From assembly GCA_013239625.1 (NCBI GenBank), contig MU056303.1:6504049-6568048 (forward strand): a stretch of 64,000 bases of DNA. The letters run 5' to 3'. Every line of letters starts with the position of its first letter. Position 1 is the stretch's first letter. Origin of the DNA: Lama guanicoe. Its lineage: Eukaryota. A program made the translations under genes and the position numbers. The notes under the pieces are model-generated. The model saw nothing but the letters and a program-made list of their open reading frames with translations. It was not told the origin of the DNA and did no database searches. Shown piece after piece: positions 11,023 to 23,000 of this stretch.

Positions 11023-14000
11023 GTGAGCTGTCCCCACCCTCCCTGCCCCTGCGCAGAGCCCCGCGGGACCGATGGGCGGGCGGGGGTGGCAGCCGGGCGA
11101 GAAGAGGACGACCGCCGGTAGTCACAGGGCCGTCAGAGGGGCGCTTTGGATGGAGTCCGGGTGTCCAGGGAAGGGAGATGGCTGGAGCGCCATCGCCACG
11201 CAGCCGAGCCGAATTGCTGGGGTCAGCGCACAGGCAGGGACTCAAGGGCCCTTTTTTTCATTAGTTCCAAGCACAGCTCTGTGGGGTGAACAGTACAGGT
11301 GTGACGATCTTCCTTTTGTAAAGATGTGGAAAGTGAGACTGAAGGACTGACGCTATTGCCGGAGGCCCAGGCTAGTGAGCAGAGCCCGCCTGCGCTTAGA
11401 GCCTTCCTGCAGCATCTTCCTTGGGAAGGTACTGATCTCCAGTGATGGTTGTCAGCCTGCGCTCACGAGTCATCTTGTTTGCTCCGGAATACTCCGGTTC
11501 TCTGGATGCTTATGAGTATGCTGTTTTGATTTAAATATATGTTGCCGCTCCTTAAATCCTACTGTTTCTGCTTCCTAATGCACCAGGGCACCTCAGAGAA
11601 ACGTCACACAGCCTCCATCAGACTTCAGACATCCGATTCCACTGTCTCATTGTGTAGATGATAATCTGAAACCTGAAGAGGTTTAGGACCAGCTCTGAAG
11701 ATAAATGTCAAATAGGTGTCAGAATTGGGATTAGAACCAAAGCCTTGACCTCCCAGAATTTCTGGACTTAAAAAAAATAAAAGAAGCAGCAGCTGATTAT
11801 TGTTATTCATTTAAGAGTGAGGTTAGGAATTTAAAAGTAAATACATATACTATGAAAGGATGCCTGCGAGAGTGTTCATTATAATAATCGTGGGAAATTA
11901 CAGACAATTGAAATGCCCAGCCTTGCGGGATGGCAAAATAAAGTCCATCAGAAAAAGGACTATTACACAGACACAAAAGTGTGCTTGAAAGCAAAGGGTC
12001 TGATTGTATAAAAATGCATAGAAATAGAAGGAACTATACCACGGTGTTAATGTTTGCCTCGTGATGGTGTGAATTACAGGTGAATGATTTTCTCATTTTT
12101 CTTTTTTGTGAGTGTTCTACCGTTGGGAAGGCAGGAGGAAAGGAGCTTGCGCTTTGGGCTCTAAACCCCAGCTTACTAGCTGCGTGACCAAGTACCCCCA
12201 ACGGCTCCCTGTGTGGGGGCGAAGAGGCTGTCCCCTAGTGCTGGGGGAAGGAGGGCCTTGGGATGGCTTGTTCAATCAGAGCAGTTGGCAGCCAGGCACC
12301 CTGGCCAGGAGATAGAGATGGAGATGGGAGGGGAGGTGAGTCAGTGCAAAGGGAAGGCAGTTTGGCTGCACAGCTGCTGTTCTGTCGTCCTTGGACTAGT
12401 GTCAATATCACCTCCAAGATTGTTAGAAAAGCGGACTCTGAATCAGAATCAACATTATAATAAGACTCCCAGGTAATTCACAGGTGCTTTAAAGGAGCCG
12501 ATCTTTTCACTAAGGCAAAGCCACGCAGTTGGGGGGGATCATAGGTGGCATCTGTGTGCCCACTTCAGTTCCTCTGTCCTTTTCCAAATATGCCACCTCC
12601 TCCCACTTCCCCAACAGATATTGCCAATGCCCATGATTGGTCCTACATCAAATTTTGAAGGAGTCAGAATTTCTTATGGTTACATAAGACCCTTGTGTTT
12701 ACAGAATACATTCCCATCTCTGAGGTCCATATTAGGTCCATTTCACAGATGAAGAAACTGAGGCTCAGAGATTTAAGTGACTTGATGTCAAGGAAAGAAC
12801 ACTGGACTAGGGGTTCGAGGCCTGGGTTCCCATCCTGGGGTTGCTGTGAGTGTGCTGCAGGCCTTGGGGAGCCCCGTCCTGTCTCTGGTTCAGCCTCCCA
12901 TCTGAGGTGGAGGGACTGGGCAAGAGACTGATCTCTTCCATCTCTGAGCTCCATGGTTCCCACAGCCCCTGGGCTCCTGGTGGAAGATCTCATACTGACT
13001 GCTGAATTTCCAGACTCCTCATGCAGTGCTCTGGCCTTTGGCCTCCCTGCCTCTCTTTTCCTCAGGACCCAGTGCCCTGTCTTCTGGTCTGAACCTCTTT
13101 CAGAATCTCCTGTATGAATTTCTCAGAAGTCTTCACTATCAGGGGGCCTCTGTTGGAGGGGTGTTTCTTGCTGGCTGTCTCTCTGGCGTGACAAAGGCTC
13201 TGTCCCTGCTTGAGGCGTTTCAGGCCTCAGTGAGCAGCTGGGGCAGAGCCTAACAGACTTTCTGGCGGGCCTGAAATAGCGCCCTGGCTCCGCCGCCCAC
13301 CCCGTCTCTGGGGAAGGCAGTGACCCAGCTCGCCTTTCCTATGCTGCTCGGGAACCCAGCTAAGGAGAGGCTTTCCTTATTCATGTTCTACCAAGGGTCC
13401 AGCTGGGCCCACTTAGCTGAGAGCAGCCTGTGGATGTGCACAATTTCCGGAAGGGGAGACCCCCTTACCATTCTGTTATGGAAAATGGGTGAATTCAGAT
13501 GAGCAGTTGGGGGAGGGGGATGCAGGGGGAGGGTTTCTATTTTGCAACAACTTCAGCTTCTGGGAAAGGGTCCATTGTGTAAGACCAGCTGGTCCAGGGC
13601 TCAGGGCTGCCAGCCGGGTGGCTGCGGGAGGACCTTGGCAGACACCCTGCCGCGGGCTTGGAGGGACCAGCTGCGTGAAAGGGACCTGGCAGAGCAGAGG
13701 GATACGTTCTCCCAGAGGGACTTCTCCTGGGGAGGCTCCTTGCCTACCCGCCCCCAGTTAATCTTTTGGCTTTCTCCTCTCTCTCTGCTCCCTGAAGACA
13801 GTTGTCCTCCCCTCCTTGCTGGACTCCCATCCATGCATCCTGCCTCAAGTCACAGGCTAGGGATGGAAAATGGATTTATTTCCCTGTACAGACCCAAAGG
13901 GTCTGAGCCATCACTGCCTTAGACTCTTGAAAAGCAGTTTCAGGTGGTGTTGAGGCTTGGTGTGGACAGCGCTATGACTGATTGGTGATGCCTGATGTGG

Positions 14001-14568
14001 GCAGGGTTGGTGATGCACACAGCAGCTGGCTGGCTGCACTCTGGGCTGCAGCCCCCACTTTAGGGGAAGAGGAGAGGCCAGTTGAGTGACCCAAGAGAGC
14101 TGTTCTCAGGGTTTGTTTGATGTGAGCAGGTATCATCAGATAATGCCCTTTCTGGAGGCAGAAATCACGTGTGCCTTTTTCAGGCATGGTCAGCTGCTCG
14201 GGGGAGTGGAAGGGAGGAGGAGGAGGGAGAGGGCAGCTTGGACTGGAGTCTGGTGGCCCTGACTCTGGAGTTCCTGTTTCTTTTGTTTTAGGCTGCTGTC
14301 CTGTGGTTCCTCCCCGTACCCATTGTCTCCGCTTTCCTTTGAAGGTGCCCAGTGGCCAGTCTGATCCTTTCTTGTCACTTCTCCAGGATTAAAGTGATGC
14401 CAGCCGAGGGGGTAGCCAGGGGCGAGGTCTCCGCAGGGCTCCCGGGAGGCCACTGCAGGCAGCAGGCTGGGCCAGAAACCAGCGGGCTGTCTAGCTGTTA
14501 CCATGACAGTCCCCTGTTCTCTACAAACAGAGGCGTGCTAGGATTCCAGAACCGGAGAAGGAGACAGA

Positions 14569-14662
14569 ATGAAGACTCTGCTGCTGGTGGTGGGGCTGCT
14601 GCTGACCTGGCAGAATGGACAGGTGCTGGGTGACAAGGCCATCTCAGACAAAGAGCTCCAGG
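14569..14662 (+). CDS. CLU: CLU exon 2 coding part (exon starts 14531); signal peptide
   Basis: acag|AGGCGTGC acceptor; ATG AAG ACT CTG; donor CAG G|gtaagt. Confidence 0.95.
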
Positions 14663-17023
14663 GTAAGTGACCAGGTGTCCTAGCACACGTCGCCTTGGTC
14701 AGGGTTAAAGACCATCTTTATCCTGTGCGTTGGATCTGGTTTGCACTGCTCGGACCCCTCTCTGAGCCCTCTCTCGCCGGCTCCCTGGCCTAGGCTCTCT
14801 GTGGTCAGGTGGGCTTCTAGGCAGTTTCAGGTGGGTCCCAAGCCCTTTCTGGCCACTGCATCTCAGGCCCAGAGCCCACACCTTCTCCAGGAAGGTCCAC
14901 CAAGCCTGGACCATTGGGGCCTTTGTGGATCTGCCCTTCTTGAGTTTCCATAGCCCTTGAGAGCTGTACCTACCACCTTTCCACTTAGAAAATCAGTCCT
15001 CCAGTTCAGGAAAGGGGAAGTGTCATTCACCACGAGCGCTTGTCCTCTTTAGCAGCCAGCTGGTGGTCCCTCTGCTGCCAGGCCTTTTCTGAGACCTGTC
15101 CTCCCTCAGCTCCACTCTCGTCCTCCTAGCTGACCAGTTGGGTGGCAGTTAAAAATCCAAACATTGAGATCAGACCTGGGTGTGAGTCTGGCTCTGCCTC
15201 CCCCGCTGTATGAGTGTCTCCATTTCTCTGAGACTCTGTTATCTTCATTTGTACAATGGCATGAAGATGGTGCCGGAGCATTAAAAAAAGCCGTACATGT
15301 GGTATCCGGTTCTGCTCTTGGCCCAGGATAAGCACCAGGGAAGTGCCGGCTGTTCCTCTGTCAGCACTTCGGTGACATTGTCTCATTGCACAGGGTTGTG
15401 TCTGATCAAGTCTCCTTGAGACATGGTGCTGTTAATTCATCTTTGTGTCCCCATCACCTGACAAAGAGGTTCAGATGTTTGGTTAAACTGAATTCCAGAA
15501 AGACTTGTATCCACAAGAATAATATTTTATCTTTTGATGCTCAGCTATACTTTCAGGATTTTTTTTCCTTGAAAACTTTCATCTGCAGCTGGGTAGGTTC
15601 CTTCTCCAGAGCCCCAGGGGACGACTGGGTCGTCCCTCCTCTGGTGTGTGTCTGCACCGATGGTTTGCATTTCTGAGCAGCGGGGTGGGGGTATGGATTC
15701 TCAGTCCCTGGGTCTGCATGAGCCCCGTGACGGACCTGTGTCAGGGCAAAGCTAGGGCCCAACGGCTGCCTGCTAGGGGAGCTCCCGGCCTTGGCAGCCC
15801 CTAGATCCACTGGCCTTCCCGACCCTTCTGGCTAGTCCCAGGATTATATCCTCAATGGCATCCTTTCCGCTTGCCTCATCTACCTCCCTGCGCTTCTCTT
15901 GCAGAAATGTCCACTGAGGGGAATAAGTACATTAATAAGGAAATTAAAAATGCCCTCAAGGAGGTGAAGCAGATAAAGACCCTGATAGAGGAGACAAATG
16001 AAGAGCGCAAAACACTGCTTGGCACCTTAGAGGAAGCTAAGAAGAAGAAAGAGGTAAGGGTGACCCCCACCTTGACCCTCTGCTGCAGGGGAGGGAGTGG
16101 CCATCGCTCCTCCCCGTGCCCTGCCGGGTTGCCGTGGTGACCTGCAGTCCTTCCAGGCTGTGTCAGCTGATACTGGGGCTGTGGTTAACAAATAGGAAAG
16201 GTTTATTTGCTTTTGAAAGCTTCAAGGGGTGAGATCTTGGATCTGGTTTTGTTACAAGCCTGGCCCAGGACCTGCTGCCCAGATTCACATCAACAGATAT
16301 TTCTAAACCCCGACTATGAGTAAGCTCCAAGGCAGGCTTTGGGTGGGGGCTGTCACTGTCACGGGTTAGGAAGGGGATGGCATTCTACCTTCAGGAAGCT
16401 TTACTAGGCGGGGCGATACCTTTGGGGGTACAACAGGCCACACTGCATTGCCCACGCCTTTGTGGAGTTCTGGACTACTTCATAAAGGGATACTTGGGCC
16501 TAGGACTGAACATACAAAACACGAGCACTGTACCAATAAACGGCTTATTTAAAAAATCAAGAGTCTCCCTAAGAGAATCTTAAGATCCTACTCCTGCTGC
16601 CACTTTCACGACCCATAACGCATGGAGCAAAAGCATTCGGAAGACTTGGAGAAGTTCTGCGGTAAAGAAGCACCTGTGACTTCATTTCACCCAAGTGCTT
16701 TCCAAATCGAATTGACTAGCAAATCCATTTATTTACTTATTTTTTTCATGGATAGCTTTTAGCGCAATTCCATAGAAACCACTTAAGGAAATGTTGGCCT
16801 GGATGCAGCTCTAACTTTCTTTGCAATGTAATGCCCTTTCTGGGCATCAGTATTAGTTCTCGCCATATCATAAGACTCCTCCTAGAGCCCACGCAGAAGT
16901 AGCAATTCTTGCTCTCGAATTTTTGTGGTTCTCACTGGAGTCTGAGATTTGACAATCCAGGTTTTATGATAGAGCCCGTCAAGTTGGGGAAAAGACTTCA
17001 TTATTTCTTCTTCTTTTTCTTCT

Positions 17024-17056
<33 letters not shown>

Positions 17057-20000
17057 CTCTTCTTTCTCCCACCAGCTCCAGGAACAGACTGTGGGCTTTT
17101 TAAAAAAAATTGTTTTTGAAGAGTAAGTTATTTAGGTTTCTTGGCGGTGGGTGGGGAGGTAATTAGATTTATTTACTTATTTACTTTTAGAGGAGGCGCT
17201 GGGAATTGAACCCAGGACCTCGTGCATGCTGAGCATGCGCTCTACCACTTGAGCCTCACCCTCTACCACCATTACGTGTTAATTGAGGAGCTTGTGAACT
17301 GGAAAGAAAGGAAGTGGGCAGTGTGGCTCATAGCCGTGCACTGGCCCAGTAGGAGGGGTGGTGGCCTTCCCCGGCACAGAGCAGGGGAGCAGGTGGGAGA
17401 TCTCACATAACTCAGCCTTCTCCTGGTCAGAGCGTCATAGTGCAGCTTTGCTTTGGGGTGTGGATGGTCTACTCAGTTCTTCTTTGAAGAGTAATACTCT
17501 CATCTGTGAAGATTATAATATCAAAAAGCAGAAGAGAACTGGGATTTCAAAATGTAGAACAGATAAACAAGATTATACTTAAAGCACAGGGAAATATATA
17601 CAAGATTTTGTGGTAGCTCACAGCGAAAAAAAAATGTGACAATGAATATATGTATGTTCATGTGCAACTGAAAAATTGTGCTCCACACTGAATTTGACAC
17701 AACATTGTAAAATGACTATTACTCAATAAAAAATGTAACAAAAAAGCAGAAGAGGAAGTTTTCCCATAACTCTTTTACAGTTCACTTAACATTTGATCTG
17801 TTTCTTACTACTTTTAATTAATTAATTAATTAATATTTTTATTTTTAAAATTTCTTTACTGCTTTTCCTCCTCTGTATTTTACTGACAGCGGCTGTACTC
17901 AAAATTGTGAATTTTTAACATAAAAAAGTGCTTATTAGAATCTTTAAAACTTATTACAAACATCTGTTGTAATGCTGTCCTCTGATTTTTGTAGGTACCA
18001 CAATTTGCTTAACTTGTCCCCTAGTTTTGAGCATACAGGTTGATTCCAGCATTTTTTTTTTTTGCCATAAACAGATATTGTAACAAATCTCTTCAGGCAT
18101 ATGGATTTTTCCTTTACTGCAAGAATTCCTTGGGGTAGCTTCTTGTAGACATATTGTGCCAAATGTCACGGTCATGTTAGAGAGCTTTAGTTAATAGTAG
18201 TTTGTGACTTCGCTTTCGGAAGCTCGCCTATTCCTGCTGCATTGAGCCAGAGCTGGGGACTGGAAAAAAGCACCCCGTGTGGCCAGAAGACCTGGCTGGG
18301 CGGTGGGGGCCGGCACCACTGCCAGCTTTGGGAAAGGGAAACCTGTGGTTTCTGTGGCTAACCCCGCCTGTGCCCTCCTGCAGGATGCCCTAAGTGAGAC
18401 CAGGGATTCCGAAGCAAAGCTGAAGGCATCCGAGGGGCTGTGCAACGAGACCATGACGGCCCTGTGGGAGGAGTGCAAACCCTGCCTGAAGCAGACCTGC
18501 ATGAAGTTCTACGCGCGTGTCTGCAGGAGCGGCTCGGGACTGGTGGGCCAGCAGGTGAACAGGGGAGCCAAGGCTCAGGGTGCGGAGTGAGGAGACCCGA
18601 AGGATACAGGCTTCTTTGATTCTGCAGCCAAATCCGAGGGTGGGGGTTCCCCCACCAAGCGATTCTCCCACACCAGCTGAGTGTCCTCCAGTTCAACTCT
18701 ATTAGAACGCTGTCTACCTGGGGACCGCATCAGACCCCACAGGCTAAGAAGGGCTCAGTCCCCCAGAAGTCCTACCCGCCCCGCAACTCCAGCCGCCAGT
18801 CACAAGTCCGGGTGGTTACCTGCACTTCTGACCAACGGGCTATAGATTAGAGGCTCCCATAACCTCCTCGTTGAGTTGTTATAACATTTAAAACTTACTA
18901 GAAACATCCTCCTTGGGTCCAACATCACTTTGCTATGGCAGCTCACAGAGGAACATTTTCCATACTAGATTTATCAGTTTGCTATAAAAGGGCATAACTC
19001 AAGAACAACTAGATGGAAGATGGAAGACATGCACATGAGCAAGGGGTGGGGAAAGAGGGGAGTTTCTGTGCCCCCTCCCTGCACGGCCCTCTCTAGCTCC
19101 TCATTGGCTCATATGTTCACCACCTCAAACTCCCCAAGCCCGTCCTTTGGGGTTTTACGGAGGCTTCACTGCATAGGGGTGATTGCTCAACTCGTTGGCC
19201 ATTGGTCATTGGTCATTAACCAGACCTCCTTCCCCTCTCCCCTCCCTGGAAATCAGGGGTTGGGGCTGAAAAGTCCTACCCTGTAGTCTCCTGGTTGGCA
19301 TCCCTGGCAGCCAGCCCCTACCCTTAGGTGCTTTCCCAGAGTCACGTCACTTGCCTAACAAAAGACACCTTTATTGCTCTTGTCACAGGGAATTTCAGGG
19401 GTTTTAGGACCTCTTTGTCTGCAAGCAGACAAAGACTAAATATATATTTCTTGTTATACATCACAGTATCATAGCTTCATTGTGCATCACGGATGCAATT
19501 AATTAGTTCTGGCTGCATGTGGGCCACGATCAATTGTTAATGTCTGCCCTGAGCGCAGTAATGTGGAGTCATGAAGAGCACGCGTGCCAGGTATTGCCAC
19601 CTTAGGAGACTCTCCTCCGGCAGTTATGAGCTGCGTAACGTAACAAATGGCTCCATGGTGTGGCAGTGCCCTGTGTCCAGACGAATTAAGACTGTTTGGT
19701 CCATTAATGTCGATCCCACCTTCCCCTGCAGGCCCTTCCCTAAAATCGTTTGAGTTGGCCCTTGGCGGAGCAGGGGTGGGGGTCACTGGTGGCCAAAGAG
19801 GACAGCAGACTAGTCTCATGTGACGGGCCTCGTGACTCTTTTAGCCTCACAGGCCTTCCTAAGCTCTTTCCTGCTGGGGTCAGTGGGTGGAAGGGCATTG
19901 GCCCGAACAGTTCAGCAATGGGCAGCCAGTCCCAGATGGGCCTTCCACCCGCCACCTGCTGTGACACTGAGTGGACCCAGGTCTGGGTGCAGCCAGTAAG

Positions 20001-23000
20001 GGGCCAGGCCTGGCCCATCTTGACAAGGGAGAGGCGCTGGAGGCTGAGATGGCGGGGAGCTCCCCCTGACGGTTGTCCATCTGCTGTCGCAGCTCGAGGA
20101 GTTCCTGAACCAGAGCTCCCCTTTCTACTTCTGGATCAACGGGGACCGCATTGACTCCCTGCTGGAGAACGACCGGCAGCAGAGCCACGTGATGGACGTC
20201 ATGCAGGACAGCTTCGCCCGCGCGTCCAGCATCATGGACGAGCTCTTCCAGGACCGCTTCTTCAGCCGGGGGCCCCAGGACACTTTCTTCTACTCACCCT
20301 TCGGCCCGTCCCAGAGGAGATCGCTCTTCTTCAATCCCAAGTCCCGCTTCGCCCGAAACTTAATGCCTTTCCCCATGTTCGAACCCCTGAGCTTCCACAA
20401 CATGTTCCAGCCCTTCTTCGACATGATACACCGGGCCCAACAGGCCATGGACGTCCACCTCCATAGCATGCCCTATCACTTCCCGACGGCGGAGTTCCCA
20501 GGAGGTTAGAAAGAGGGGTGGGACCTCACAGCCTATTTAGAGGCTGACCCGTTAGATGCTGAGCACCATGCCCAGGCTTTGGCATGCCATCTCAGTTTCC
20601 CCCCAGCGACCTTGTGAGGGCGGTACCATCCCTATTTGACGGAGAGAAAACCATGACGGGGTGGTAAAGGAGGGTGTCCCGGGTTTCACAGCTGAACAGT
20701 TAGGACCCAGTGCAATCTAGTCCTGCAGGACTTGGAACCTGTGGTCTTTCAAGTTTACCAAGTTCCTTCCAGCAGCTGGTGGGCACGACATCAGTACCCC
20801 CTCTCAAGAACCAGACCCCTTCCTCTGAGAACTTAGGGGCTCTATGTGCACGCCGTGGATAAACCGGGAACAAGTTACATAACCAGCTCATGCTACAGTC
20901 AAGAAGGCTGTTTGTGTCTCTAACCTTAGGGGCCTGGTAGAGGATGGGCACACAGTGAATATTTTTTTGACTGGATGAACTCTGACACGGACACGAAAAG
21001 CCCAAATGTTTAGAAGTGATTTCTTTCATTGAACCAATAGACACTTGTTGGCCAACCCCATCTCTTAAATGCTTCAGTCTGACTAGCACTGGGATTTGGC
21101 TGGAAATGGATTGGAAATACAGGAGGGTATGGAACTGAACAAGGGTTTACTGCATATCCACAAGCAGGGAGCCCTGTGTTGTAAGGAGGCTCTAATGAGG
21201 ACCGTGTGCCCACCTCCAGGGGTCCTCCCGACCCGCCAGGGGGAGAGAAATGAGCCAGACAGAATGCAGAGGAAAATGGGGCTAGGATGCCAAGGAGAAG
21301 TACAAACAGCAAAGGGAGCGTGGAGACGGGACAGGTGTCGCCAGGTGGAGAGGGTGGGAGGGAGGCCACACTCAGCTCCAGGAGCCCTGAGAACTACCTC
21401 CTGGTCCCACTGCAGGGAGCCCTGAGCACGCCCTTGTGTCTGCGGGCAAATAACCAGATTCCAACCTGCTCTGCCCGCAGAACCATCTCAGAGGGCTGAA
21501 CCGTAGTGAGGAAGGGCTCAGAGGGATGGGGGTGGCCCAGTCCCAGCGTGGCTCCGAGTGGTCCCTCAGCATGAACCCCCCTTCCATGTGTTTCCAGAAA
21601 ATGCTAACCGCACCGTGTGCAAGGAGATCCGCCACAACTCCACGGGGTGCCTGCGGATGAAGGACCAGTGCGACAAGTGCCGGGAGATCTTGTCTGTGGG
21701 TGAGTCCCCGGGGCCCCGGCACCTCCCTGGGGCTGCCTTTGTGCGGTCAGACGGATGGGAGTTGGAAAGCCAGCTCTGCTGCCTTCCAGCTGCAGCCCTG
21801 GGGCAAGTCCTTTGCTCCACCTGGGCCCTCATCTCTGGCTGGGGGCTAAGATGCAGGGTTGCCCCGGCGACAGGAGGCAGAATACACAGTGCCCACCGCA
21901 TCCTCTGGCGCGTGGCCAGCGGGCTGTCTGCAGGTGGGGCCTCTGTTAGTCTCAAAAAAGCTGTCATCCTTGGATTTCCCCCAGTTAGTCTGTTCGTGTG
22001 GGCTGGGTGGGGGGCACAAACCTAGTAGAAATGCTTATTTATTTATTTTTTTTGGCTGCAGTTGAAATTCTAGACAGCGTGGATTCTGTTCAACAAACTG
22101 TGGCCATGTGTTTGTTACTAAACAGCGTTCTAAACACTTGACAAACCTTTACTCTTTTCTCCAGTATAACCGAGGCGGCTACAGTTATGGTCCCTCTCTT
22201 ACAGAGGAGGAAACTCAGAGAAAGGTTCAGTCACCCGCCCAGGATCACACGACGCCCCTTCCCAAGGGTGTCTGGGATGCGTTCTCAGCCAGGGCTGCTG
22301 TGTTCTCTCCCCTGAGCACGTGGGTCTCGCCTCGTGGTACCTTAGTTTCCCAACAATGACACAGCACTCCCTTTGGTTGGTTGGTCCCTGAAACAAAGAA
22401 AATGCCTCCCTTCTGCTTCTGTTTTATCAGAGGGGCTAAATTCTTCCTACTTGGAGATAACCCTTCCCGGCTCACAATCATCTATGCGCAGAAAGAGTTA
22501 ACTGTTTCCCTTGCACGTAGTGGATCGATCTTGTGGCTTTGCTCTTCCTTAACCCTTCCGGGCTAGGCCTTCAGAACCTAGTTAAATATTCCTAGCCTCT
22601 TTCCTGTGACTTCAGAAGCCGCTGCAGAACGAATACAAGTGCGGTAAGAGGCTGATGTGCTCACCTCGTAAAACAGCAGGGCTGGAAGAGCATCGATTTC
22701 ACGGCACCTCACAGTCAGAAGCCACGTTAGACGTGCAGGTGCCCAGACTCAGATCGGTGCCCCTGGCACTGAGCTTAGCGATCACCAGTCACGGGTTCCT
22801 GAAACAGCTGTTTTCTGTTCTTCATTGAGGAAGATTTAAGACCTCTTCTCTAAGGTGCTTGCAAGCATGTGAGTGTGAGCTGCTGGGACCTCCAGACATT
22901 TTGGACCAGATCATTCCTTGCCGTGGGGGCAGCCCTGTGCGCTGGAAGGTGCTTAACAGCATCCCTGGCCCCTATCCGCTGGATGCCAGTAGCCACCCCC

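Larger units (their letters stand above)
10500..11250. promoter_or_regulatory. CpG island / CLU promoter
   Basis: Very GC- and CpG-dense stretch around exon 1; boundaries judged by eye. Confidence 0.85.
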
